A stretch of 64,000 nucleotides of DNA from a virus (taxonomy: Duplodnaviria; Heunggongvirae; Uroviricota; Caudoviricetes): the IMG/VR virus record IMGVR_UViG_3300020714_000006. One strand, 5' to 3'. Within the stretch, counting starts at the first letter, position 1. Each line of letters opens with the position of its first letter. Of the stretch, positions 40,075-51,279 are shown piece by piece. Below the pieces are notes generated by a model, which saw only the letters and a list, made by a program, of their open reading frames with translations, was not told the DNA's origin and ran no database searches. The translations under genes were made by a program, and so were the position numbers.

Positions 40075-43000
40075 TTTATTAAGTGGAAGACAGGCGGTAA
40101 CACCGTCAACGCAATTAACAGTAACAAGATATCAATACGTATCATTATCACAAGCTCAACCTTCATTGGGAACACCTGCTATTAATGATAGTATTTTAAT
40201 AGGACACTTGGATGGAACAACTTCATGGTTGCCACAAAGTGCTATTATATCTGCCACAGCACCAACACAAAATGTTATTTTTGTGGCAAAAAATGGTAAT
40301 GATAGTAATTCTGGAACGTCTATATCTACCCCAAAACAATCAATTGCATCAGCAATAAGTGTTTCAATACCTGGTACCACAATTATGGTATTTGGTGGGG
40401 TATATTCAGAAAATAATCCATTAATGATTCCAGCAAATGTAACTATTATGGGTCAGGATAATAATGTTATAGTTATACCACAGAATGGTACCTACGGTGT
40501 ATTTTATTTAAATAGTGGTTCAACTGTAGTTAGTGTGACAGTTAAGAACCATGCCGCCCCAAATTTTGCATTTAACTTAACATCAGGTGTAACTTTCAAT
40601 CAACAACCATTAATTAAAAACTGCTCTAGTGTAACTGGTCCATTTTTGAATGATGGGACATTGTTTGTTCCATTAGTAACTGTACAAAATGTAGCAATAA
40701 CCCCAGGATCACTTCCATTATTAGATAGTCAAGTTTCTATAACTGGTAAACGAATAAATCCAACTGGTGCTGGTGGTGGTATTAAAATTGATGGTCTTGC
40801 ATTTTCAAATTTATCATTAGTAAATTCAGTATTGGTTGAAAACTTTACTGCTATAAACCAAGGTGGTATTGGAATTTTAGCAACTAATAATGTTACTGTT
40901 CATGTTACTGCTAGTAATACACAGTTTTGTTCAAGAAGTTTTGATGCTGAAAATGGTGCAGTATTAGATATAAACTCTTGTACAACTGAATGCGGTGATT
41001 ATGGATTAGTTAGTAATAGCTTTTATGGAGCACCATATTTATCTGGGTTGGTTGGAGAATCATTATTCAGTAGTATTTCTTCAGTGTCAGTTTCAGATCC
41101 AGGTTCTGGATATGTTTCACCAACAGTTACATTTGGAAACATTTGGCAAGCTGGGTTAGCGGTTACATTACATTCACAATATTATTATGGTGATAATTTA
41201 TATTTTGTTACAGCAATAACAGGCAATGGAACATTTGGGGTAACACCTCCAACTCATAACACGCCTGGGGTTTCTGTTGACAATAATAATGTAACATTGT
41301 TATTTACTGGAACTGTTGCATCAGCAACCGCTGATATAGTTAATGGTGAACTTACTGGATTAACATTTTCAAGTTATGGAACTGGTTATACCGAAATCCC
41401 ATCAGTAAATATCAGTGGAACTAATATAACACCAGCGTCGGCACAAGCTAGTTTAACAGGTATATCGGCATTTACTATTGGGAGTCTTATTGAGCAACCT
41501 ATAAACAGTACATTAGTAAGTGTAGATGGGCATTCTGGTAAATATCTTATAACAGCTGCAACGTCATTGATTGGTACCGCATCTAATGTTAAAATAAGTC
41601 CAAATATATATTATGTTATTTTAGATACTGCAGTAAACTTTTATTATGACAGTATAATTACTGCAAATAACCATTTATTCAAATACGTTGGTTCTGGGAT
41701 CACTTATAATGCGTTATCTGCAAATGGTGGCGTGCCAAATCCAATACATGAAGTAAGTGAAACAAATTACGGAAAAGTTTATTACACTAGTATGAATGAA
41801 CGTGGTGTATATAAAATTGGTGATGTATTTTCAATCGACTTAATAACCAATACTTCAACATTAAATGCAAGTGAATTTAATTTAGCTAACCTTGGTGCTA
41901 TTGGCCCATTAGTTAGAGATGGAGTACCATCCGGTGTTCAGTTAAAAGAAATAAGTAATGATACTGGATTAATTGCAAGTAATGGATTCATTGATCCATT
42001 TACTGCACCAACACAATATGCCGTAGCTACTTATTTACAAAACAACTATTTACCATTAACTGGTGGTGGAATAGTTACTGGTACTGTTAGAATAAACGAT
42101 TTAATATTTACTTCTAATACTATAACTAGTTACAATTTAAATGAAAATATAAAATTAGTTCCCGATGGAACTGGTTCTATTGATATTACTGACCATAAAA
42201 TTATTAACTTAGCTGACCCAACTAATCCACAAGATGCTGCAACAAAAGCATATGTTGATTCACTGGCAACTGCTACAATATCGTATACAGATGCACATAT
42301 TGCAGATTTTTATTTTACTGCTAATGTTATTAATACAGCAACTAATGTTGACATAAACTTGTCAACTTCTGGTTCTGGTGTCACTAAAATAACATCAACA
42401 GTTGATAGTTCATCACCAACTGCATTAGATCCATCTTTAACTGGTGCGTTACAGATTTCTGGTGGTGTAGGTATTGCTAAGAATGTATTTGTTGGTGAAA
42501 GTGTTCATGCTGCTGGTTCATTCTACGGTGATTTAGTTGGTACTGCTGACCATTCTTATGATGTAATAAATGCAGCACAGCCTAATATCACTAGTTTGGG
42601 AACATTAACCTCTTTACAAGTTGATCAAATACTAATTAATGGTAATACAATACGAAATACTCAATTAAATGATAATTTAAAATTAGGTGTAACTGGTACT
42701 GGAAGTATTATTCCAGAAACTGCTAATGGTATTAGTTTTGGAACATTATCAAGTAAATGGTATGCTGGGTTTTTTACAAGTATATATGGATTAATTCAAG
42801 ATGGAAATCAAACTAATATCACAGAATTGGCATCAAATGTAAGTTTATATGATTCATCATATACATTATCACCATCATTATCTATAGGATATGCTAGTAC
42901 TAATAGATTAGAAATTAGTACTTCACATAGTTCTTCAAATCTTGCTGATACAACTTTTACTACTTATTCTACGAATGGTGCAGCTGGCGCAATTAAGTTT

Positions 43001-44008
43001 TCACCAAATCAAAACTTATCATTAACAATTGATAATGGATTAGTTACTACTGCAAATTTATATGCAAGTGGATCGTTAGAAGTTGAAAATTCAATAATCC
43101 AATTAGGACCTATTGGTAGAACAACGTCGGTTGACCATGATACTGGTGTTGAATATATTTCTAACATTGATATTTCATCATATATTACATCTATTGAATT
43201 AACAAGCGATGGAACAACTAATGTTACGTTAGTAACTTTAAATATGGGTGTTACTGTTAATTCTCTTAACATAACAACAAACGATTATCTATTTTTAAAA
43301 GGACCAATAACACCATCAAATCTTGAAAATTATTGGAAAATTTCATCAGTAGCAACAACTACATTTACATTAGATATTGGAATTACATTAGATGCAGGTG
43401 TATATCCATTAACTCCATCACAGGTATTATTGAGCAAACAAGGTTTCTTTGGCTATAATCAATCAATTGGTGCGTTTACTGTGTTAGAAAGTATTGCAGT
43501 TGATGGAAACAATGTTGTAACTGGAAATATTGGAACTATAAGTGCAAATTTATCTAGTGATAATGTAAATTTCAATGGTGGAACTATTAATAATACTGCT
43601 ATAGGTGCAGTTACGCCAGCAACTGGGCAATTTTCAATTGTTACTTCAGATAAGTATCACACAACTGTATCTGTGGCTGTTCCTAATCTTACATCAGACC
43701 CAATAACTGGTGCAACTATAGTAGATTCATTTTTATCAACTAGTGCAGATATTGCAAAATATATAATTAAAATCAAAGATTTAGATAATGGATACATTAC
43801 TGGACAAGATTTATTGATTGTTCAAGATGGGATTAACATTTACATAAGTGAATATGGTATTGAATATACAAGTGATTCTATACTTGGAACTTTTACTGCA
43901 GAAATAGTTAGTGGGACTGTTAATTTAATATTAACACCAGACCCTGGAAGCACTGGAAATCCTGCTAATTTAAATCTACAAGTGTCATTATTTAGGTTTT
44001 ATGGATAA
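40067..44008 (+). CDS. Large fibre/appendage protein, paralogous to 33030-37199
   Basis: IFVAKNGNDSNSG...YSENNP beta-helix start, FKYVGSGITYNAL, KIINLADPTNPQDAATKAYVD neck motif, shared C-terminal AKY...SEYG domain. Confidence 0.65.
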   Translation: MPSLLSGRQAVTPSTQLTVTRYQYVSLSQAQPSLGTPAINDSILIGHLDGTTSWLPQSAIISATAPTQNVIFVAKNGNDSNSGTSISTPKQSIASAISVSIPGTTIMVFGGVYSENNPLMIPANVTIMGQDNNVIVIPQNGTYGVFYLNSGSTVVSVTVKNHAAPNFAFNLTSGVTFNQQPLIKNCSSVTGPFLNDGTLFVPLVTVQNVAITPGSLPLLDSQVSITGKRINPTGAGGGIKIDGLAFSNLSLVNSVLVENFTAINQGGIGILATNNVTVHVTASNTQFCSRSFDAENGAVLDINSCTTECGDYGLVSNSFYGAPYLSGLVGESLFSSISSVSVSDPGSGYVSPTVTFGNIWQAGLAVTLHSQYYYGDNLYFVTAITGNGTFGVTPPTHNTPGVSVDNNNVTLLFTGTVASATADIVNGELTGLTFSSYGTGYTEIPSVNISGTNITPASAQASLTGISAFTIGSLIEQPINSTLVSVDGHSGKYLITAATSLIGTASNVKISPNIYYVILDTAVNFYYDSIITANNHLFKYVGSGITYNALSANGGVPNPIHEVSETNYGKVYYTSMNERGVYKIGDVFSIDLITNTSTLNASEFNLANLGAIGPLVRDGVPSGVQLKEISNDTGLIASNGFIDPFTAPTQYAVATYLQNNYLPLTGGGIVTGTVRINDLIFTSNTITSYNLNENIKLVPDGTGSIDITDHKIINLADPTNPQDAATKAYVDSLATATISYTDAHIADFYFTANVINTATNVDINLSTSGSGVTKITSTVDSSSPTALDPSLTGALQISGGVGIAKNVFVGESVHAAGSFYGDLVGTADHSYDVINAAQPNITSLGTLTSLQVDQILINGNTIRNTQLNDNLKLGVTGTGSIIPETANGISFGTLSSKWYAGFFTSIYGLIQDGNQTNITELASNVSLYDSSYTLSPSLSIGYASTNRLEISTSHSSSNLADTTFTTYSTNGAAGAIKFSPNQNLSLTIDNGLVTTANLYASGSLEVENSIIQLGPIGRTTSVDHDTGVEYISNIDISSYITSIELTSDGTTNVTLVTLNMGVTVNSLNITTNDYLFLKGPITPSNLENYWKISSVATTTFTLDIGITLDAGVYPLTPSQVLLSKQGFFGYNQSIGAFTVLESIAVDGNNVVTGNIGTISANLSSDNVNFNGGTINNTAIGAVTPATGQFSIVTSDKYHTTVSVAVPNLTSDPITGATIVDSFLSTSADIAKYIIKIKDLDNGYITGQDLLIVQDGINIYISEYGIEYTSDSILGTFTAEIVSGTVNLILTPDPGSTGNPANLNLQVSLFRFYG

Positions 44009-44029
44009 ATATTACAATAACGGAGACAA

Positions 44030-47000
44030 ATGATGTCATCAACTAATAGACAATTTCTGGTAAGAACGGGGCTAAACTTACCAGCTGGCACAGCTACACA
44101 AGCACCATTGACATTACAATCTGGGGTTAATTTAACAACAGCAGCAACTGGTTCAGTTGAATGGGATGGATATAACCTATTTGTATCTGAAAACAGTACA
44201 AATGGTACATATTCTGGAAACCTATCAGCAGTAGCACGTAGAACAGTAGCATATACTGATTCTACCATGACACCACTAATTGGGTCATATACTGCAACAG
44301 GTTCTACTCAAAGTAATTCAACACAAATTACTACTGATTATGCATATGTTACTACATCAACAGCAACTGCAGCACCATATAATGGTGTTATATTACCTGC
44401 ACCAATTGTTGGTAGATCAGTTAAAATTGTTAATAATACTGCAAATTCAATTTATGTTTGGCCACAACCAACTGTTGCACTAACTGGTGGAACATCATCT
44501 GCTACTGTTACACCAAATATTATAACTGTAACTTCTACTACTGGATTATATCCAGGAATGACAATTCCAACGTCAATGACATCTGGAACTGGTGTATTTC
44601 CTGCAAATACAGTTGTTGTTAGTATATTAAGTTCTACTACATTTGTTGTTAATAATGCACCGACTACTATTTTAGCAAGTGCTGCATTTACTGCTGGAAC
44701 TGCAAGTGGTATTAACACAGGAACTAATGATGCATTATACACAATTGTTCCAACTTCATCTGTTGAATTTTTAGCAACAACTTCTTCACGTTGGATGACA
44801 TCATCAGCTGCATCAGCAAGTGGTATATCAAATGGTGGAAGTGGAACTGGTACATATACTGCTGGATCATTGGTATATTCAACTGATGCATTAGGAACAT
44901 TTAATGGTTTGCCTGATATCGCAACTGTTGGTATTCCATTATTATCACAAGGTTCAACAGTAGCCCCTGCATATACTGCTATAAACTTGGCAAATGCTGC
45001 TGTTGTATCTGGAACTACTGGCCCGGTATATGGCGTATTACCAATAGCAAACGGTGGTACTGGCACGAATGGATCTGGATTAAATTCAGCTGGTGCAACA
45101 TATAATTTAATAAACACAACTGCTACAAATATTAACTTTGGTGGAGCAGGAACTGCTATTAGTATTGGTTCTAGTTCAGGAACAACAACTGTTAATAATA
45201 ATTTAGTTGTTACTGGAACTACAAGTTTAGGTACAACAACTGTTGGAAATCTAACTGTAACTGGTACACAGTTTATTTCAAATACAACTAATACATCTAT
45301 CAATGATCCTATAATGGAATTAGATAGACCATCATATGGATGGTTAACAAATGATAATGGATTTGATATTGGTTTAAAATACCACTATTATAAAACACAA
45401 CCAAATGCATTATTTGTTGTAACAAGTACTACTGGTGCTTCAGGAACTGCTACATTAACCTTAAGTGATATAACAGTAGTAATACCAGTTGGTGCTATTA
45501 TTTCTGTTGGATCAACATTAGGAGCATATGCAGGAACATATATAGTTACCGCATCAGCCGCTGGATCTGTATCATATGCTAATGCAACAACTTCAACTAT
45601 TACAACTATTGGAACAGTATCAATTGTAACATTTGTTCCAATGGCTACTGGAAGTTCATCTGGAACAACAGTTACTATTACGTATGCAACGACAGGTTCA
45701 CAAGTATTAATTCCAAATGGATCTAAAATTACATTATCTGGATTTGCTGGAACCGGTGGCTCGTTATTAGCAACAAATGGTATATCTCCATATGCAGGAA
45801 CTGCTACATATGATGTTCAGTCATCATCTGCTACTACAACAGTTGGCACAATAACCATAACTACTACAGGTTCTAACTTAGGAACAATAACTTCTGCAAC
45901 TGGTAATATCAACGTAAGTGACTTATTTGCTTTCTCTGGATGGACAAATGATTCACAATCATTTGAATTTTATTCAGAAGGTTATGAAACTAGTACTAAC
46001 GTATTTGCTGGACAATATGGAACTGTTAAAGCTGGTGGATTTAGAATTGCAGCACCATCTAGTGTTCCTGCTACTAGTGGAAACTTAAATAGTCTTAGTT
46101 CTGGAGCAGCGTTAACTGTTGTTGGAAAAACATTTTTTGATACAACATCAACTGCTACTCAAACACAAACACAAGCGGCTGTTATGGGAGTTGCGCAACA
46201 AACAATTGCTGCATTAAATACTACTGTAACATATACAAATGCTGCATCATTATACATTGCAAACGCACCAACTAATGGAACAAACGTTACAATAACAAAT
46301 CCATATGCAATTCAAGTTGCAGCTGGTAACACATTATTAGGTGGTAATTTAGCAGTCAATGGTGGAACATTAAGTTCTACATCTACCACTTTTAACTTAT
46401 TGAACACAGGTGTTACAACTGGTAACGTGTTAGGTGCAGCTACTACTTATACTATAGGTGGTACCGCAACTACATCTGCTAATTTTTCTGGGTCTACTTC
46501 TGGTAGTACATATACATTTGGCGGTGCTGCTGCTACAGGAAACATTCTTAAACTTGCTGGAACAACTGGTGGAACAGTCAGTGTTACAACTGATGTAACA
46601 ACTGGTACTGCTAACATTTTTGCATCAGTAACCGGTGCAATCAACATGGGTGGTGCATCTACTACCGTTGTTGTTGGTCAATCAGCAAACTCAACATTAA
46701 CTATTGCTGGAACAAATGGTGCAGCTGGTACTGCTACTATTAATACCACAACTGGTGTTGTAACTGCTAACGTATTCAATACTGTTGCAACAGCTGGTAA
46801 TTTATTTGGTGTTGCTACTGCAGTAACTATTTCATCAGGAGCTACTGGTACATTAACTTTTGGTAATGCTGCTAGTGTTGGAACAACAAATAAAATTTCT
46901 ATTAACGTAGGGGTTGGAACCGCATCATTTGATGCAACATCTACTGCTGGAACTGCTTCATTATTCGCATCACCAACTAACGCAATACAAATTGGTTTAG

Positions 47001-49123
47001 CATCTACCACCATTTTAATTGGTAACTCTGCTGCTAACGTAACAATTGGCAACGGTGGAAATAGTACATTAACTGTTTCAGGTGCATCAACTGGTGGTGC
47101 TACTGTTGTGGCATCTTCTGGTGTTACAACTGCTAATGTATTCAATAGTATTACAACAGTCGGTAATTTATTTGGTGCTGCTACCACATTAACAATTGCT
47201 AATGCTGCAACAGGTGCAATTACAGGTTCAATCGGAACAAGTTCTACTTCTGGTAGTACATATACGTTTGGCGGTGCAATAACTACTGGAACAAATACTG
47301 TTAAAATTGGCTCTGGAGCTGCTGGAACTGTATCGTTTGATGCTGGAAACGCTGCTGCTACTGGTAATTTATTCTCAACTATTACTGGTACTATTAATAT
47401 TGGTAACGGTGGTGCAACAGCTGTTAATATTGGAGCAACATCTGCTAATGCTGTTGTTACTATCAATGGTTCAACTGCAACTAGTATTCAAGGTGGTGGT
47501 GCATCAACTGCTAATGTATTTAATACAAGCACAACTACAACAGGTAACTTATTTGGATATTCTCCAACTATTGCTGTTGCTGGATCTGTAGCAACTGGAA
47601 CTGCTTCAACATTGACATTTGGTAGTGCAGTAACAGCTGGGGTAATTAATACAATAAAAATTAATGCTAATGGTGGAACAGCTGCATTTGATGCACCTAG
47701 TTCAACTGGAACTGCAACTATATTTAATACTGTAGCTAATACTGTTAATTATTCTATAGCATCTACTGCTGTTAATATTGCATCAACTACTGGTACAACT
47801 ACTATCAATTCACCAAGTGTTGTCATTGGGTCAGCTTCTGCAAATAATACATTAACTGTAAATGGGAATGGAACTACTGGAACAGCTACTGTATCATCTA
47901 ACGTAACTACTGGAATTGTAAACTTATTCCCAAATACAACTGGATCTGTTGTAATTGGTGGAACTGCTGGGACTATTTCTACTGGTGCCGGTATTGTTAA
48001 ATTAGGAACAACACCTTCGCAATTAGCTGTTGGTAATGAAGTTGTAACTGCAAGTTGGGTATTAAATAATATTAGCTCATTGGCATCATATTCAGTCAAT
48101 ACTGGAACTGCAACTTCTGTCCAAACAATTGATACTGTAACAAGTGTTGTTTCTGGATCATTTATTATTGGTGTATCATATACCATTTCTGTAATTGGTA
48201 ATGGTGGAACTGGTACTACTTCAACGTGGAATGCTGTTGCTGGAACAACTGGGGTATCATATCAAGTAGGTTCTACATTTGTAGCTGCTACAACTGGTGG
48301 AACTATTACTGGTGGGTATGCATATACAGGACAAGGTGCTGGTAATTCAGCTGCTGCTGGACAAGCATTTACCTGGGATAAATATCGTTCTGCAAAATAC
48401 CATATTCAAGCAACACAAGTTGGGGCAACTTCAACAAGAACACAATCTTCTGAAGTTTTAGTTACACATGATGCACCTGTATTATCATTCTCGGCAAGTG
48501 CTACATTAACTAATGGAACCGCATTACTTGTAACAAGCACTGCTGGATTATACGTTGGGATGTCAGTAACAATTATTAACAATGCTGGGTCTGATACTAT
48601 AAATGGTGCTTCAAATGGTGTAACAACAATTTCATCTATTAGTGGAACAACTGTAAACTTAGCAAATGCTTCAACAATTACTGGTACTACAACTATTCTA
48701 AAAGCATATCTTGCTACATCATTTTCTGCATCTATAACAGCTTCAAACAGTACTACTAGTTTATTATATACTGGTATGACTGCAATTGTTGGTGCAGTTT
48801 ATCCAGGAATGTATATATCTGGAACTGGTGTAACTGCAGGAACATATGTTACATCTATATCAAGTGGAACCATTACATTTAACCAAGCATTGGCAACATC
48901 TGCTGGCGCTGTTATTTCTGGAACACCAAATGTATACTTAACAGAGTACGCGGTATTAGAAACAAATGGAACTATTGGTATATTTACAGCAGCTACGGCA
49001 TCAGCCGCTCCTTATAATATAACATTGACTACAACACCATTGACAACTACAACTGGTATCTCAATGGGAACATTGTCTGAAACTGTATTTAAGTTAGAAA
49101 AAGAACAAATTGAAATTTTATAA
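44030..49123 (+). CDS. Long T/G/A-rich tail fibre/adhesin-like protein
   Basis: GVLPIANGGTG motif, repeated ANVFNT..T.GNLFG units, C-terminal YRSAKY...TEYA domain; GGAG SD; late promoter at 44004-44011. Confidence 0.7.
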   Translation: MMSSTNRQFLVRTGLNLPAGTATQAPLTLQSGVNLTTAATGSVEWDGYNLFVSENSTNGTYSGNLSAVARRTVAYTDSTMTPLIGSYTATGSTQSNSTQITTDYAYVTTSTATAAPYNGVILPAPIVGRSVKIVNNTANSIYVWPQPTVALTGGTSSATVTPNIITVTSTTGLYPGMTIPTSMTSGTGVFPANTVVVSILSSTTFVVNNAPTTILASAAFTAGTASGINTGTNDALYTIVPTSSVEFLATTSSRWMTSSAASASGISNGGSGTGTYTAGSLVYSTDALGTFNGLPDIATVGIPLLSQGSTVAPAYTAINLANAAVVSGTTGPVYGVLPIANGGTGTNGSGLNSAGATYNLINTTATNINFGGAGTAISIGSSSGTTTVNNNLVVTGTTSLGTTTVGNLTVTGTQFISNTTNTSINDPIMELDRPSYGWLTNDNGFDIGLKYHYYKTQPNALFVVTSTTGASGTATLTLSDITVVIPVGAIISVGSTLGAYAGTYIVTASAAGSVSYANATTSTITTIGTVSIVTFVPMATGSSSGTTVTITYATTGSQVLIPNGSKITLSGFAGTGGSLLATNGISPYAGTATYDVQSSSATTTVGTITITTTGSNLGTITSATGNINVSDLFAFSGWTNDSQSFEFYSEGYETSTNVFAGQYGTVKAGGFRIAAPSSVPATSGNLNSLSSGAALTVVGKTFFDTTSTATQTQTQAAVMGVAQQTIAALNTTVTYTNAASLYIANAPTNGTNVTITNPYAIQVAAGNTLLGGNLAVNGGTLSSTSTTFNLLNTGVTTGNVLGAATTYTIGGTATTSANFSGSTSGSTYTFGGAAATGNILKLAGTTGGTVSVTTDVTTGTANIFASVTGAINMGGASTTVVVGQSANSTLTIAGTNGAAGTATINTTTGVVTANVFNTVATAGNLFGVATAVTISSGATGTLTFGNAASVGTTNKISINVGVGTASFDATSTAGTASLFASPTNAIQIGLASTTILIGNSAANVTIGNGGNSTLTVSGASTGGATVVASSGVTTANVFNSITTVGNLFGAATTLTIANAATGAITGSIGTSSTSGSTYTFGGAITTGTNTVKIGSGAAGTVSFDAGNAAATGNLFSTITGTINIGNGGATAVNIGATSANAVVTINGSTATSIQGGGASTANVFNTSTTTTGNLFGYSPTIAVAGSVATGTASTLTFGSAVTAGVINTIKINANGGTAAFDAPSSTGTATIFNTVANTVNYSIASTAVNIASTTGTTTINSPSVVIGSASANNTLTVNGNGTTGTATVSSNVTTGIVNLFPNTTGSVVIGGTAGTISTGAGIVKLGTTPSQLAVGNEVVTASWVLNNISSLASYSVNTGTATSVQTIDTVTSVVSGSFIIGVSYTISVIGNGGTGTTSTWNAVAGTTGVSYQVGSTFVAATTGGTITGGYAYTGQGAGNSAAAGQAFTWDKYRSAKYHIQATQVGATSTRTQSSEVLVTHDAPVLSFSASATLTNGTALLVTSTAGLYVGMSVTIINNAGSDTINGASNGVTTISSISGTTVNLANASTITGTTTILKAYLATSFSASITASNSTTSLLYTGMTAIVGAVYPGMYISGTGVTAGTYVTSISSGTITFNQALATSAGAVISGTPNVYLTEYAVLETNGTIGIFTAATASAAPYNITLTTTPLTTTTGISMGTLSETVFKLEKEQIEIL

Positions 49124-49148
49124 CTAGCTTAATTACTATATCTTAACT

Positions 49149-49187
49149 AAAGGGGTGTTACTTGTAAAGGGTAACGCCCCTTTTTTT
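49149..49187 (+). terminator. Intrinsic terminator
   Basis: AAAGGGGTGTTAC / GTAACGCCCCTTT stem followed by a T-tract, then AATAAATA late promoter (49188-49195). Confidence 0.85.
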
Positions 49188-49237
49188 AATAAATACATTA
49201 TAAAAAACATAACGATGTTTATAAGTTAAGGATTCAG

Positions 49238-51259
49238 ATGTCAACAACAATTAGAGATTTTAAGGTTCCACACGGCACGATAATTGGAGCTCAACAAGAT
49301 AATTACTTACATTTAATTGGAAGTAGCTCTGGCAATTCTGTAGGAATAGCAGCAGAAGGCATAGATACTAATATAGGCATTACTATTACTCCAAAAGGTA
49401 ATGGCGAAGTTCATATAAATGGTAACGTAAATATAACAGCAACATCTGGGTTATCATTTGCTGGATATACACCAAATACAGTATTATATGTTGATAGCAC
49501 TAATTCAGCTGCCAGTTCAACATCATTGGTATTTGATGGTACAAATTTAACAGTAGCAGGGAAAGTAACTGCTGGTGCATTTATTCCAACTAGTGCTACT
49601 GTTCCAATAAACGGTGTATATAGCTATGCTGTAAATTCTGTTGGTATATCAGCAAATTCTACTGGAGTTGTTTTTATAACTTCAGGAAAAGTTGGTATAG
49701 GACAAGCACCAACTACGTATGTATTAGAAACTTCACAAGATGTTTCTATACATGGTCTTAGAGTAGGTCTTGGTAATTCTGGAGTAGCATCTAATATTGT
49801 ATTAGGAACCAGTTCACTTTCAACTAATACTACTGGTAACAATAATATAGCAGTTGGAAATTGCAATTTACGTTACAATACAACTGGTACAAATAATATA
49901 AGTGTTGGGAATAGTACATTATCAGTAAATATTTTAGGGTCTGGTAATATTGGTATTGGAAATAGTGCACTAACCAATAATACAACTAGTATATTGGCAT
50001 TAGGATCAATAATTGGTGGGTCTAATTACACAAATAGTGGAACATATAATAATGTTACATTATCACGGGTGAGTGGATCTACACCAACAACTTACCCAGT
50101 TGCTGATATAGTAGTGCAAAATGGCATAGTAACTTCGGTTACGTTAGTTAGTAATGGTTCTGGATTTACTGATACTACAACTGTATTAACAGCACCAACA
50201 TCTGCGATTGGTAATGTTGGAAGTGGATTTTGTGTTCCAGTTAGTAGTTTGATATCTGGTAGTGATAATATTGGAATAGGTAATTATTCATTATATTGCA
50301 ATAAAACCGGATTACACAATAGTGCAATTGGTACATCATCATTATATTCAAATACTGTTGGTAATAATAATATTAGTAATGGATTTAGCTCACTATATTC
50401 AAATACTATCGGAAATGATAATATTTCTACAGGTAGTTATTCTTTATATAGTAATTCTAGTGGATGTTCTAATTTAGCATCAGGTAGTAATTCATTATAT
50501 GCAAATATATCAGGTAATGATAATATAGCATTAGGAGATTCATCATTATATAGCAATACAGATGGATCAAACAATATTAGTATTGGTGTAATGTCATTAC
50601 AAAGTAACATCCATGGAAATAACAATGTTGCTATTGGGTATACTGCAGGATATAATCCATCAACTGGTATTACAACGGCATGTAATAATACATTCTTAGG
50701 ATATGGAACTACTGCTACTGCAAATGGTATTAACAATTCAACTGCATTAGGTAATGGCGCTATTATTACTGCTAGTAATCAGATGGTGTATGGAAATACA
50801 TCAGTTACTGTAAATTTAATGAATGGCGCAGTTCTTATTGGAACTACCACTAATATAAACAATTCTACTTTAGTTGTTAATGGTGTAATAGAATCATTGA
50901 GTGGTGGTATTAGATTTCCAGATGGGACAACATTATCATCTGCAACATCTGGTACGCTTACTTCATTTACTACTAATTCATTACAACAAGTAACTATTGA
51001 TTCATTTTCAAAAAATTCATATAGAACAGCAAAATATTTAGTTCAAATTAGTAGTCTTGCGTCTACATATCATGTTATTGAATTATTATTAATTCAAAAC
51101 GGAAACACAGCTTATTTGTCGCAATATGGTGAAATAGTTACAAATTCATCTCTTGGTATCTTTGATTCATCTATCTCAGGTGGTATAGTAAATTTATTAT
51201 TTACTCCAACTACACCGATAACTACATTAAGAATACTTCGCCAAACATTAAGCATATAA
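49238..51259 (+). CDS. Tail fibre with YadA-head-like 14-aa beta-roll repeats
   Basis: Repeated N.(A/S).G..SLYSN..G.(N/D)N units; GGIRFPDGT; C-terminal IDSF...YRTAKYLVQ...SQYG domain. Confidence 0.7.
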   Translation: MSTTIRDFKVPHGTIIGAQQDNYLHLIGSSSGNSVGIAAEGIDTNIGITITPKGNGEVHINGNVNITATSGLSFAGYTPNTVLYVDSTNSAASSTSLVFDGTNLTVAGKVTAGAFIPTSATVPINGVYSYAVNSVGISANSTGVVFITSGKVGIGQAPTTYVLETSQDVSIHGLRVGLGNSGVASNIVLGTSSLSTNTTGNNNIAVGNCNLRYNTTGTNNISVGNSTLSVNILGSGNIGIGNSALTNNTTSILALGSIIGGSNYTNSGTYNNVTLSRVSGSTPTTYPVADIVVQNGIVTSVTLVSNGSGFTDTTTVLTAPTSAIGNVGSGFCVPVSSLISGSDNIGIGNYSLYCNKTGLHNSAIGTSSLYSNTVGNNNISNGFSSLYSNTIGNDNISTGSYSLYSNSSGCSNLASGSNSLYANISGNDNIALGDSSLYSNTDGSNNISIGVMSLQSNIHGNNNVAIGYTAGYNPSTGITTACNNTFLGYGTTATANGINNSTALGNGAIITASNQMVYGNTSVTVNLMNGAVLIGTTTNINNSTLVVNGVIESLSGGIRFPDGTTLSSATSGTLTSFTTNSLQQVTIDSFSKNSYRTAKYLVQISSLASTYHVIELLLIQNGNTAYLSQYGEIVTNSSLGIFDSSISGGIVNLLFTPTTPITTLRILRQTLSI

Positions 51260-51279
51260 TTATAAGGGGATAGTGAACC

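Noticed and set aside
44452-48186. Antisense ORFs of 145-283 aa within the long fibre gene
   Set aside because: Expected from Thr/Gly/Ala codon bias that depletes antisense stops.
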